Source of the DNA: Spirochaetia bacterium
GTDB taxonomy: Bacteria; Spirochaetota; Spirochaetia; DSM-2461
Direction of reading: 5' to 3'
DNA length: 64,000 bases
Assembly: GCA_963666985.2 (NCBI GenBank)
Contig: CAXXIA010000002.1
Location: forward strand, 1,504,001-1,568,000
Shown: piece after piece, positions 46,623 through 56,325 of the stretch
Position numbering within the stretch: the first letter of the stretch is position 1
How the letters are laid out: every line of letters starts with the position of its first letter
Notes under the pieces: generated by a model
Told to the model about the DNA's origin: nothing
Database searches by the model: none
Seen by the model: the letters and a program-made list of their open reading frames with translations, nothing else
Program-made: the position numbers and the translations under genes

Positions 46623-48124
46623 TGCGCCGCCGCCAAATCCCGAAGCCCCTCGGCGATGAGTCTTTGCGAAAATCGAATTCGGGCGGAAGGAACCGCCGCA
46701 ATCCGTACACCTGCCGCGGGGCGGCGGCCGATGCCGCGGCAGGCGGCCGCCCGAAATCACATTCCTCCTGCCGCGTTCGATCGCTCCGCGCATTCACACT
46801 CTTCACATTCCTCATCCTGACGGCGACGGTCTGCGTCGGAACTCTCGCCGCCGAAACGACATTCGGCGGGATTCTGGAACCGGGCATGGTTTTCAATATT
46901 CCAGGCGGCCGCGGATACGGCGAATCGCCTTTGAATACGGAAAATTGGATGGGATTGACCGATTTGATGTTTCAAAACTCCATCGATTTAAAGCTCGACG
47001 CCCGCGGCGAGACGGGATTCATGGAACTGCGCCTCGGCGTAAAGCAGTTCCCGACGGCCGACCTTTTCACCGGCACGGCGCAGATCGCGGAAGCTCTCGA
47101 CTCAAGCGGAAATCTCACGGGCTACGCCGCCGCCGTCGCCGACCTTTTCTACATTTCCGACGCCTATGCGTTCGTTCTGGACGTGATGCGGGCGAACGTG
47201 GGCTGGTCGCCATCAAACTCGGTGAAAATCACCCTGGGCCGCCAGAGCTTCCTCACCGGATACGGTTACGGCTGGAATCCGGTGGATTTGGTGAATCCGG
47301 CCAAAAACCCCACCGACCCGGACGCCGAGCTTCGAGGCGTGGACGCCCTGTCCGTCCGATTATCCCCGGCCGAACGGCTGGAGGTGAAATTCTACGGAGC
47401 CCTGCCGTCCGAAGGTTTCGCGGCTGATTATGAAGATCTTATGGCGGGAACCGAAATAACCTTCTCGCTCTCCTCCGCGGAGTTCAAATTAGCCGGACTC
47501 TGGGGCGGCTCCGAAAACTCCGACGACGACTCTGACGCTTATCCGCACGCGGGAGCCGCGGCCTTCTTCATCGATCTCTTCGGCGTGGGTTTTTACGGCG
47601 AAGGAGCCGTAAGATCGCGCTCCAGGCGCAACGATCCGGATGCCTTGGGAGGCGCCTCTCTTCTCCGAAACGGCCCGATCTTCTCGGGACTCGTCGGCGC
47701 GGAATACTATTTCGCCGCGGGCCCCGCTCTGGCCGTGGAATACTTCTACAACGGAGAAGGCTGGAAGCACGGAAGCCTGGAAGATTATGTGACGGCGTTA
47801 AACGGCGGACCGGCCGGCGGCGGTATCGGCGAATACGCGTCCCTCTATACGCCGCTGTACTATGCCCGGCATTACATATTGGCGAATCTGATGATTCCCT
47901 GGTACGCCCGGGAAACGACATTCAACATCAACGCCGTTATCTCACCCGATTCGGGCGCCCTCATCCTGACGCCGAGCGCCGAGATTAACCTGAACTTCGA
48001 CGGAACCCTGGTCGCCGAAATCTTCTACTCGGGCTTCTTCGATTTCAACGAATCCGAGCTGAACGAAGCATACCTGGCACCGGTCCGGCATGCGGTTTCG
48101 ACAAGCGTGGCCTATTATTTCTAA
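46619..48124 (+). CDS. Probable outer-membrane beta-barrel protein
   Basis: TLGRQ, WNPVD, GVDA, EYFYNG, C-terminal YYF; hydrophobic signal only after a ~55-aa extension. Confidence 0.7.
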   Translation: MMRRRQIPKPLGDESLRKSNSGGRNRRNPYTCRGAAADAAAGGRPKSHSSCRVRSLRAFTLFTFLILTATVCVGTLAAETTFGGILEPGMVFNIPGGRGYGESPLNTENWMGLTDLMFQNSIDLKLDARGETGFMELRLGVKQFPTADLFTGTAQIAEALDSSGNLTGYAAAVADLFYISDAYAFVLDVMRANVGWSPSNSVKITLGRQSFLTGYGYGWNPVDLVNPAKNPTDPDAELRGVDALSVRLSPAERLEVKFYGALPSEGFAADYEDLMAGTEITFSLSSAEFKLAGLWGGSENSDDDSDAYPHAGAAAFFIDLFGVGFYGEGAVRSRSRRNDPDALGGASLLRNGPIFSGLVGAEYYFAAGPALAVEYFYNGEGWKHGSLEDYVTALNGGPAGGGIGEYASLYTPLYYARHYILANLMIPWYARETTFNINAVISPDSGALILTPSAEINLNFDGTLVAEIFYSGFFDFNESELNEAYLAPVRHAVSTSVAYYF

Positions 48125-48134
48125 TTCTGATGAT

Positions 48135-48175
48135 CCCCCGAAGCGCCGTCGGTCCGAACCGGGCGCCGTCGGGGG
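48135..48175. terminator. GC-rich hairpin ending the MMPL operon
   Basis: CCCCCGA...TCGGGGG with inner GCGCC/GGCGC pairing; weak U tract. Confidence 0.5.
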
Positions 48176-48403
48176 CTCTGGGATTCCACAGTCTTGAAAA
48201 CGGAAAGACTCCTTATAACGATGCGATCAGCCTCTCCCTTCACTGAGGATACCGATAAGTCCATCCTCATCCTCCTCACAATGACAACTACTTTGGCACA
48301 GCGCGATATTGTAATATAGAGGAATAATCAGGCAGTTATAAACATATGACTTTCCGATGAAGCTTCTGTAAATATCGGGAATTCATTCGGGGAGGCATCC
48401 GAA

Positions 48404-50359
48404 ATGTCATCAAGTAGAGAAATCGTTCTGGTGGCGGTCAGCGGAAGTCCCTGGTCAACGGACTTGATACGGAAAGCGAGAGTACTGGCGGAATCTCTTG
48501 ATGCCCCTTGGATTGCGCTGCATGTTCTGACTCACGGAAGGTTCACTGATGCGGCGAACAGGGAACGCGTACGATCTAATCTTGAGCTGGCTGAAAACCT
48601 CGGAGCTGAGGCGGTAACGATTCGCGGAGAGAATTCGGCGAGAGAAATTATTATGTTCGCCAAAATCCGCAAAGTCACGAAGATCGTCATTGGTCAGTCG
48701 GTTGACAGGAGATTTTTCCACAGGGATATCTGGCGCTCGCCGACGTATGCCTTGATGAGAAAATCCTTGGGATTTGATGTTTATGTTGTTAAAACACAGG
48801 GCGCCGATTCTAGAGTTACGGAGGGGCCTAAACGAAGACTCTACCGAAGAGGAACTTCATGCAAATCGATATTTTTTAAAGTTATCTGGACAATATTCTG
48901 CATGGCCGGAGCTCTGGCTGTTTCACTGCTGCTGGAAAAATTCGGCGCGGCTGAAGCGAATATTATTATGACCCATCTTCTCGGTGCTTTTCTTGCATCT
49001 CTTAGTACGGGACCCGTGGCGGCTTTGGGTACGGTTTTCTGGGCTGTTCTCCAATTTAATTTCTTTTTTACCCAACCTCGGCTAACCCTCGCTGTCTATG
49101 ACGTGGGTTATTTACCGGTGTTTGCGATTATGTTCGTAGTGGGTACTGTTTCGGCATCGCTGGCGGCCCGTTTACGTAAACAAACGGAACTTACCCGAAA
49201 ACAGGAAGCCCAAACCTACCAGTTATATCTTGTCGGGCAGTCACTGGCGGTAACAAAAAATATGGACGAGATGCTGCAGGAAAGCTGTCGACAGCTTGAG
49301 CAGTTTTATGATGTTGACGTAGCCATTTACCTTCCGGATGGTAACGGAGAACTGGTAAGAAAGGCGCAGAGTTCCGGATATTCGGCGGAAAAGGAAGACC
49401 GATGCCGGATTGAGGAATGCTATGCGGAGGCTCGTCCGATCAACACGACGGACCGAAGACGCGGAAACAAGTCTGTCCGATATGCTCCGATTTACCCGGA
49501 AAAATATAATATCGGAGTTGCCGTACTCATACGCAGAAATACCGATTTCGAGGCAACCGATTCCATGCGCCTGAATACAGCCCTTTCCCTTATCGGCAGA
49601 GCGATCGACAGGGAGAGACTGCTTGAAGAACGCAGAAAAGCCAGTTTGTCGGCGGAGACTGAGAGGGTTCGAAACCTTCTTCTCCGCTCTGTTTCTCACG
49701 ATCTGCGAACACCTCTGGCGGGAATTGCCGGCACCGCCGAAGCGCTGAGATTCGGTTATCCGGGAGATTCGACGATTTCGGCGGCTGCGGAGGATATCGA
49801 AACTGAGGCGCTGAGAATGAGTCTACTGGTTGAAAACATTATGAATCTTACCCGGCTGCAGGATGATCCGACCGCAATTCGGCGAAGCGCGGAGAGTGGA
49901 GATGATATCATGCATGCAGCGGTGGAAGCTGCGAGGAAACGGTACAAAGGACGACGGATAACTCTCCATTTCTCAGACGAGCCGCAGATTGTGGAGGTTG
50001 ATCCTATGCTGATTCAGCAGCTTCTTTTAAATTATATAGATAATGCGGTGAAGTACAGTCCCGAGGGACAACCGATAGACCTTTCCACACACACGGAGAA
50101 CAACAGCTTAAGCCTGATTGTGCGAGACCATGGTGCGGGGATCTCTCGGGAAACTGAATCCATGGTGTTCGAGAAATTCTATCGGAGCGATTCCAACGGA
50201 GACCATACCCGGGGAAGCGGTTTGGGGCTTTATATCTGCCGGACCATCGCTCATGCCCATGGGGGCGAAGTTTTCGTTGAGCCGGCTTCAGGGGGCGGAA
50301 GCCGATTTGGAGTAACACTGCCGTTGGCAAACGGCCTTCTGGAGATTCCTGATGCCTAA
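48404..50359 (+). CDS. kdpD: KdpD-like sensor kinase (USP-4TM-GAF-HisKA-HATPase; lacks the N-terminal KdpD domain)
   Basis: USP start VLVAVSGSP, FNFFFTQPR (DUF4118), RSVSHDLRTPL, DNAVKYSP, GSGLGL. Confidence 0.88.
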   Translation: MSSSREIVLVAVSGSPWSTDLIRKARVLAESLDAPWIALHVLTHGRFTDAANRERVRSNLELAENLGAEAVTIRGENSAREIIMFAKIRKVTKIVIGQSVDRRFFHRDIWRSPTYALMRKSLGFDVYVVKTQGADSRVTEGPKRRLYRRGTSCKSIFFKVIWTIFCMAGALAVSLLLEKFGAAEANIIMTHLLGAFLASLSTGPVAALGTVFWAVLQFNFFFTQPRLTLAVYDVGYLPVFAIMFVVGTVSASLAARLRKQTELTRKQEAQTYQLYLVGQSLAVTKNMDEMLQESCRQLEQFYDVDVAIYLPDGNGELVRKAQSSGYSAEKEDRCRIEECYAEARPINTTDRRRGNKSVRYAPIYPEKYNIGVAVLIRRNTDFEATDSMRLNTALSLIGRAIDRERLLEERRKASLSAETERVRNLLLRSVSHDLRTPLAGIAGTAEALRFGYPGDSTISAAAEDIETEALRMSLLVENIMNLTRLQDDPTAIRRSAESGDDIMHAAVEAARKRYKGRRITLHFSDEPQIVEVDPMLIQQLLLNYIDNAVKYSPEGQPIDLSTHTENNSLSLIVRDHGAGISRETESMVFEKFYRSDSNGDHTRGSGLGLYICRTIAHAHGGEVFVEPASGGGSRFGVTLPLANGLLEIPDA

Positions 50360-51056
50360 GACGACGATTCTGATTGTTGAGGACGAAGATCCCATCGCAA
50401 ACTATCTGAAAACGATCCTTAGGACTCAGGATTACAAACCCATCGTTACGCCGCTGGGTAAAAATGGTCTTTCGTTGGCGGCTTCCCACTCACCGGATAT
50501 TATTCTTCTGGATCTAGGGCTGCCGGATATGGACGGTGTTGATTTTATCACGGCACTGCGGGGATGGACGAATATTCCTGTCATCGTGGTTTCGGCCAGA
50601 GAGCACGAACGGGACCAGATAGAAGCCCTGGACGCCGGAGCGGATGATTATCTGGTGAAACCGTTTCGTGCGGGAGAACTGCTGGCGCGAATTCGCGCGG
50701 CACTACGCAGCGCGGCCAGGATGTCGATGGATATGGCTGCTTTGGAAATGGAACGGTATATATGTGGTTCCCTGACGGTGGATACCGCCAATCGCCTTGT
50801 CCGGGTTGAGGGTGAAGAGGTTCACCTGACGCCGATTGAGTATCGGATTCTTCTAATTCTAATGAGGAATCCGGGAAGGGTGCTGACGCATAGTTATATC
50901 CAGAGCCAGGTATGGGGGCAGGTAAATCTGGAACAGCCTGCCAATCTGCGGGTTTTCGTAAGCAATCTCAGACGTAAAATTCAATCCTCGGATTCCGATA
51001 CGCCGATGATACAGACCGAGATAGGCGTAGGTTACCGATTCATCGATTTAGCCTGA
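50352..51056 (+). CDS. kdpE: KdpE-like OmpR-family response regulator
   Basis: LLDLGLPDMDG, ALDAGADDY, VHLTPIEY, GRVLTH, TEIGVGY. Confidence 0.9.
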   Translation: MPKTTILIVEDEDPIANYLKTILRTQDYKPIVTPLGKNGLSLAASHSPDIILLDLGLPDMDGVDFITALRGWTNIPVIVVSAREHERDQIEALDAGADDYLVKPFRAGELLARIRAALRSAARMSMDMAALEMERYICGSLTVDTANRLVRVEGEEVHLTPIEYRILLILMRNPGRVLTHSYIQSQVWGQVNLEQPANLRVFVSNLRRKIQSSDSDTPMIQTEIGVGYRFIDLA

Positions 51057-52512
51057 AGAACAGCTGTGGTTTTCCAGGGAAACGCGGGATGAGAAGAACT
51101 AGGATTGTGTAAATTTCAAGCCGTCCGGCGATCATGACGAAAGACAGCCAGATTTTCACGTAGTCAGGAAAGAATCCAAAATTTTCCACCGGTCCGACAC
51201 GGGAAAAACCCGGACCGATATTGCCGATCGCCGCCAGTGTTGCGGTAAGTGCGGTTTCCAGATCCACGTTGCAGGCAGCCACGACAATCGTTGAGATAAG
51301 GACGAGTGCCATGTAGAGAATGATGAATCCCTGTACCGACAATATGGTTGGAGTTTTCAGCGGTTCGGAATTCATACGCGGAACAATAATCGCAAGAGGA
51401 TGTCGCTGCCGGCGAAGTTCGGCGACGGCGGATTTTAGAGATACCGTAACATGAAACATTTTTATGCCGCCGCTGGTGGAACCGACACAACCGCCGACGA
51501 AGAGCAAGAGCAGCAAGATTCCCCGAGCCAGGCCTGGCCATTGAACGTAATCGGCTGTGGCAAATCCGGTGGAGGTCATCAGCGTAGCCACCTGGAAACT
51601 TCCATAACGAAGGCTTTCGCTAAAATCGGAATACAAATCTGCTCGGTGAATAGACAAAGAAGTAATGATTATGCTGGAAAGAAAGAGCAGAAGATAGGCT
51701 TTAAGCTCGCTATCCTTAAAGATACGCTGAAAATCCTTCATAAAAAATCTGTAGTAGATTGCGAAATTCACTCCTGAAAGTACCATAAAAACGGTGATGA
51801 CCCATTCGACATACGGGCTGTTGAAGGCAGCGACACTGGCGTTGCGGGTAGAGAAACCTCCGGTGGCCAATGTGGCGAAACTGTGATTGACGGCGTCAAA
51901 AAGATTGAGTCCGCCGGCAGAAAGAAGAATGGTTTCCAGTACTGTCAGCCCTACGTATATAAGCCAGAAAAGCCGGGCGGTATGGGCGATTCGGGGACGA
52001 AGCTTTTCAACTTCCGGGCCGGGTGCTTCGGCCCGAATCAATTGAAGCCCGCCGATACCGAAGAATGGGAGGATCGCCACGGCGAGTACAATGATGCCCA
52101 TGCCCCCGAGCCAATGGGTGAGGCTTCTCCAGAAAAGGATTCCATGAGGAAGTCTTTCAACGTCACTGAATATTGTCGATCCGGTAGTGGTGAAACCACT
52201 GGCGGTTTCGAAGAGGGCGTCGGGAAAGGAAATCGGTTCAGACATCAGGAGAAAAGGCAGGAGACCGAACAGACAGAATAGAAGCCAGGAGGAGATGACA
52301 ATCAGGACACCTTCCTGGACACGGACTGTTGATTCATCACGCTTGAGAAAAAAGATGAAACCTGCGCCAATGATCGTACAAAGACCTGCGGGAATGAGGA
52401 ACGGAGACAGAGGCTCCTTATAGAGACCGGATACTCCGGCGGTTACGAGAAGACTTACCGCTAATCCGAGCAGCAGAACGGCAAGGCTTCTAAAGACCAA
52501 ACGAACATGCAT
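51040..52512 (-). CDS. trkH: TrkH-family potassium uptake permease
   Basis: FETASGFTTTG, WLGGMG, TGGFS, STGF, GSTSGGIK, NIGPG, GRLE; alternative TTG start at 52548; convergent 17-bp overlap with kdpE. Confidence 0.95.
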   Translation of the reverse strand: MHVRLVFRSLAVLLLGLAVSLLVTAGVSGLYKEPLSPFLIPAGLCTIIGAGFIFFLKRDESTVRVQEGVLIVISSWLLFCLFGLLPFLLMSEPISFPDALFETASGFTTTGSTIFSDVERLPHGILFWRSLTHWLGGMGIIVLAVAILPFFGIGGLQLIRAEAPGPEVEKLRPRIAHTARLFWLIYVGLTVLETILLSAGGLNLFDAVNHSFATLATGGFSTRNASVAAFNSPYVEWVITVFMVLSGVNFAIYYRFFMKDFQRIFKDSELKAYLLLFLSSIIITSLSIHRADLYSDFSESLRYGSFQVATLMTSTGFATADYVQWPGLARGILLLLLFVGGCVGSTSGGIKMFHVTVSLKSAVAELRRQRHPLAIIVPRMNSEPLKTPTILSVQGFIILYMALVLISTIVVAACNVDLETALTATLAAIGNIGPGFSRVGPVENFGFFPDYVKIWLSFVMIAGRLEIYTILVLLIPRFPGKPQLFFRLNR

Positions 52513-52562
52513 TAATCGCACGGTACGGTGATTTATGAGGCGGCTCAACGAGGAATCGAGAG

Positions 52563-52617
52563 TCTTTATGAAATCTTTATGCGTGTGAAAAAATCTAAAT
52601 AGAGATTTTAGATTTTT
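52563..52617. promoter_or_regulatory. Candidate regulator sites upstream of trkH
   Basis: TCTTTATG repeated with 11-bp period (52563, 52574); palindrome AAAAATCTAAA-N7-TTTAGATTTTT (52589-52617). Confidence 0.6.
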
Positions 52618-52930
52618 ATTACAACCATTATTAATTAGTTCGTGAAAAGCTTATCGAGGGCTCACAGAGTTCGGCGTCGTACAAAAATTGGGAGCAATAA
52701 ATCAGGGAAAAGGCTTAAATCTGTTAAGTAAATCGTTTGGTTAATGAATCGTCGGCAAGTGATTGAAAATCTGAAGATGGATCCCGGCCGGTATAGAATA
52801 TACCCGATAGCGGGGTGGACTTATTATGAAACGAGGAATCCTTGAATACACAAAGATAACCGGCCGTCCTCGGCATAATTTGGATTCCAAAGAGTACGCA
52901 GGCCGAAACTGAAGACGCACGGGCCCGGCC

Positions 52931-53278
52931 TCAGCGCAGCTTTTCCAGACCCGCCTCCGTGTTCGGGGCGAAAACAACGGTTCCTCCGCGGTTGCTCTCC
53001 CGGATGAAGTCCGCGAAGGGCCCGGGAGGAAGATTCCCGAAATCTCCGAGAACAATCAGTCTTTTCCGGTAGTTCGAAACCTTCTGAAGAATTTCACCCA
53101 GAATTCCCGTCTTCAAATCAAAGAAACCGGGCGTAAGATGATCGCGTTTCAGAACAAGAATGTCCGAGGCGCCTGTTCCGATAACGTCCAGAAAATCTCC
53201 GGCGTCTTCGATGAGGACTGTGGTATCCGTCAGAATGGCGATGGTGCCGAGTTCGGTGGTTCGTTTCTCGAAATTCAT
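52931..53278 (-). CDS. DUF4180 domain protein
   Basis: FFDLKTG-x-LGEILQK-x-SNY, GDF, FIRESNRG. Confidence 0.88.
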   Translation of the reverse strand: MNFEKRTTELGTIAILTDTTVLIEDAGDFLDVIGTGASDILVLKRDHLTPGFFDLKTGILGEILQKVSNYRKRLIVLGDFGNLPPGPFADFIRESNRGGTVVFAPNTEAGLEKLR

Positions 53279-53787
53279 GATTTAAGGTTCCTTCTCATAA
53301 AGCAGACGTTGAACGGCAGGTGATCAAATTCTTTGCGGCCCGTTATGCCGAAGCCCAGATTTTCGTACCAGGCTTTCAGAACGGTGTGCTCGTCGATAAG
53401 AGCCACGGAAACGGCTGTTCCGCCCTGTTCCTCCGCGTACCTGATTGCGTGCTCCATCAAGGCCTTGCCGCAGCCGTGATGGCGGCGATTCGGAAGCACC
53501 GCCAGCCTCTCGACGTAAAAGAGCCCCGCCTCGTCCGGAGCGGCCTCCACGGCAACGCAGCCGGCCAGTCCTTCGGAATCCCGAAGACCGAAGAGAACGA
53601 CATCTTTTTCCAGGTGTTCCAGAAAACGGTCGCGGTTCAAGAATGCCGGATTGGTCGGTGCGTTTTGGGGAGTGATCCCGAAGTCGTCCGCTACGGTTTT
53701 AAAGGAGGTTCTGATAAGCTCCAGGCAATCATCCAAATCGGCGGGGGAACGAAGCCCGAACAGTTCAAATCCTTGTTCTCCACACAT
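53275..53787 (-). CDS. GNAT-family N-acetyltransferase
   Basis: ERLAVLPNRRHHGCG, WYENLGF. Confidence 0.9.
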   Translation of the reverse strand: MCGEQGFELFGLRSPADLDDCLELIRTSFKTVADDFGITPQNAPTNPAFLNRDRFLEHLEKDVVLFGLRDSEGLAGCVAVEAAPDEAGLFYVERLAVLPNRRHHGCGKALMEHAIRYAEEQGGTAVSVALIDEHTVLKAWYENLGFGITGRKEFDHLPFNVCFMRRNLKS

Positions 53788-53826
53788 TATGAGGGAACCT
53801 CCTTATACCGAATTCCTTGAAGTTTT

Positions 53827-56325
53827 TTAATGCACCTCAATGCGCCGCCGAACGACACGATCGCCCTGCCGCAGGGTTAAAACAGTAAACCCGGGTTCTA
53901 AAGGCCAGGCGACTTCGGCGGGAAGTTCGCCATCATACAGGAGGCGGCCTTCCGCGTCCAGAACCGCCCGTCCCGATCCGGTGATTTGAATCATCAGTCC
54001 GGAACTCCCCGGCGGCAAGCCGGGGTCAACAAAAAACACGGCCCCATCAACGGGAGAGAGAATGTCCAGTTCGGCGTTTTGGGAAAACGCCACGTCGTAA
54101 CCATAGAGCCGCGCCCACCGAAAATACTCCTGCGGATAGCGTACTTTGGGCCTTGAGCGGCCGTGTTCATCGGCATGCCAGTCGCAGGGGTCCGGAGCGG
54201 TTCCCGGAACAAAGAGCTCGTCCATGGTGTAGGGACAGGAAGGGGTAGCGGCCATTCCGCTGAGCCTGCAAATCCGCACGGTTTCCAGTTCGGAATGCGT
54301 CGGCAGGGAATCTTTTTCACTCAAAGCGTCAAAAAGTTCATGCAGGAGAGAGGCCGGAAGGGAAGATCCGGGAGCCGCCATAACCGTGGAGCCGTCGAAG
54401 TTGCCCATCCAGGCAGCAGCAACAAGATCGGAGGTAAATCCCGCGGCCCAAATGTTGTTGAACTGGTTCGATGTGCCGGTTTTCATCGCCACCGGATAAT
54501 CAAAGCGCACGGGACCTGAGCGGCCGAAGGTCATCACCCGATCGTCGGGACTGCTGAGGATATCGGTAATGATGTCCGCGGATGAGGCGGACCAGATCTG
54601 CCGGTCGCTGCTTTCGGCTCCGGTTACCATGACAAAGTCCCGCGAAACACCACCCGCCCACAGTGTCCCAAAGGCCTGCAGCAGTTCGGTGAGCTTCACA
54701 CCACCGCCGCCGATAGCCAGGCTCACGCCCAATTCGCCCCGCTGGTCTTCCAGACTTTTAAAACCGGCTAAAATGAGTTTATCGATAAACGCACCCACAC
54801 CCAGACGTTCCAGGGCGTAGACGGCCGGAACGTTCAAGCTGGAAGCAAGGGCGGTTCGGAGCCGAACCGGACCATGGTACTGCTGGTTGTAGTTCATCGG
54901 CGCGTATACGGACTCGCCGCCGAAATCCATGGGAATGTCGGGAAGAATGGTGGCGGCCGTCCATCCTCGCTCCAAAAGTGAGGCGTAAAGAAAGGGCTTC
55001 AACGTGGAACCGGGCTCCCTGAGGATGGCCGCGCCGTCGATTTGGCCGCCTGCCTCGATGTTGCTGAAATCCGCCGATCCGACATAGGCCAGGACTTCCA
55101 TGGTTTGAGCGTCGGCAAGCACGACGGCTCCGTTGCTGATGCGGAAGTTCCCGGCGTTCTCAATATGGGAGGCCAAGAGATGCTCGGCCAAAGCTTGCGC
55201 CCGAAGGCTCAGGGTGGTACGGACCGGTTCGCGGCCGTCTTGGGATTCCGGCGGCCACTGCTCCCTGTCTGCAAGGACGGCTTCGACGAAATGCGGCGCG
55301 GCGAATGGCCAGGGCGCGGGGGATGGCGGCAGGCGCCGATGAAACGCCGCCGATTCCGGCAGAGCGGCGGCGGATGGAAAATCAGAATCGTCCGAGCCGG
55401 GCCGTGAAACCTGCCGGACGGCCGTATTTGCCGGATCGCGTGAAACCCGCTGAATCGCCGCTTTATCCGGCTCAGGCCCATCGATTTGCCGCCCGGCCGC
55501 GAACTTCCCCGCCTCCTCCAACTCGCTCTCATTTCCGGCGGCGGATGGAAAATCAGAATCGCCCGAGCCGGATCTCGCAGACTGCCCGGCTTGTCTCTTG
55601 GCCGCCTTAAGACGACGACCCGCCGCCCGTTCAAACAGCGCGGCCGCGGCGTTCTTGTTTGCTTCGGGTTCCAGAAAAGGATCGTACACGGCCGGAGAGC
55701 GGGGAATCACCGCCAAAACGCAGAGTTCGACGGCATCAAGCTCGGAAAGATCCCGGCCGAAAAACAGCCGCGCGGCTGCGGGGTAGCCCTCGACGTTCCT
55801 GCCGAAGGGAATCAGGTTCACATAGAGTTCCAGAATTTCTTTCTTGGAATACCGGGATTCAATCTGCAGGGCCCGCCAGATTTCCCGCAGCTTCATCCCG
55901 GCGGTAATCGCCTCGCCCGGAGAACGGGGAGAAAGAATGCGGGCCAGCTGCATGCTCAAAGTGCTGCCGCCGCTGACCGCCCGCCCCCAACGCCGATACT
56001 GGACGGCCGCCCGAATGAGCGATGCGGGGTCAAAACCCGGATGAATCCAAAACCGGCGGTCTTCGCTGATCCGCACGACGTTCACCAAATCACGCGGCAA
56101 ATCGTCATAGGGAACAAACAATCGCCGGAGTCCGCTCTCATCCACCGGGACAATCCGCAGTTCCCCGCCGTCCCTGTCCAGAACGCGGACGGACCACCGC
56201 ACGGACTCCAGGGCGGCTTGAGCGTCCCAGGGAGCCAGACGCGGAACCAGGCGCAGCACCGCGAAGAGCGCAAGAACAACGCCCCCCGCGATGAAAAGCA
56301 GGCGCCTCAGTGACGGACGCATCAT
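53827..56325 (-). CDS. pbpC: Penicillin-binding protein 1C
   Basis: Transglycosylase EDRRF, GGSTLSMQLAR, YSKKEILELY; transpeptidase STLK, SLN, KTG; C-terminal BiPBP-like domain; coupled to the macroglobulin gene. Confidence 0.93.
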   Translation of the reverse strand: MMRPSLRRLLFIAGGVVLALFAVLRLVPRLAPWDAQAALESVRWSVRVLDRDGGELRIVPVDESGLRRLFVPYDDLPRDLVNVVRISEDRRFWIHPGFDPASLIRAAVQYRRWGRAVSGGSTLSMQLARILSPRSPGEAITAGMKLREIWRALQIESRYSKKEILELYVNLIPFGRNVEGYPAAARLFFGRDLSELDAVELCVLAVIPRSPAVYDPFLEPEANKNAAAALFERAAGRRLKAAKRQAGQSARSGSGDSDFPSAAGNESELEEAGKFAAGRQIDGPEPDKAAIQRVSRDPANTAVRQVSRPGSDDSDFPSAAALPESAAFHRRLPPSPAPWPFAAPHFVEAVLADREQWPPESQDGREPVRTTLSLRAQALAEHLLASHIENAGNFRISNGAVVLADAQTMEVLAYVGSADFSNIEAGGQIDGAAILREPGSTLKPFLYASLLERGWTAATILPDIPMDFGGESVYAPMNYNQQYHGPVRLRTALASSLNVPAVYALERLGVGAFIDKLILAGFKSLEDQRGELGVSLAIGGGGVKLTELLQAFGTLWAGGVSRDFVMVTGAESSDRQIWSASSADIITDILSSPDDRVMTFGRSGPVRFDYPVAMKTGTSNQFNNIWAAGFTSDLVAAAWMGNFDGSTVMAAPGSSLPASLLHELFDALSEKDSLPTHSELETVRICRLSGMAATPSCPYTMDELFVPGTAPDPCDWHADEHGRSRPKVRYPQEYFRWARLYGYDVAFSQNAELDILSPVDGAVFFVDPGLPPGSSGLMIQITGSGRAVLDAEGRLLYDGELPAEVAWPLEPGFTVLTLRQGDRVVRRRIEVH
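55365..55571. repeat. 36-bp direct repeat inside pbpC
   Basis: CGGCGGCGGATGGAAAATCAGAATCG(T/C)CCGAGCCGG at 55365-55400 and 55536-55571. Confidence 0.95.

Noticed and set aside
48180..48403. c-di-AMP (ydaO) riboswitch or att site at the left edge of the Kdp/Trk islet
   Set aside because: No ydaO core; only an 8-bp GGATTCCA match to the right edge (~52882), too short to support an att site, and no integrase
52741..53055. 104-aa minus-strand ORF
   Set aside because: Overlaps DUF4180 out of frame; no RBS or motif
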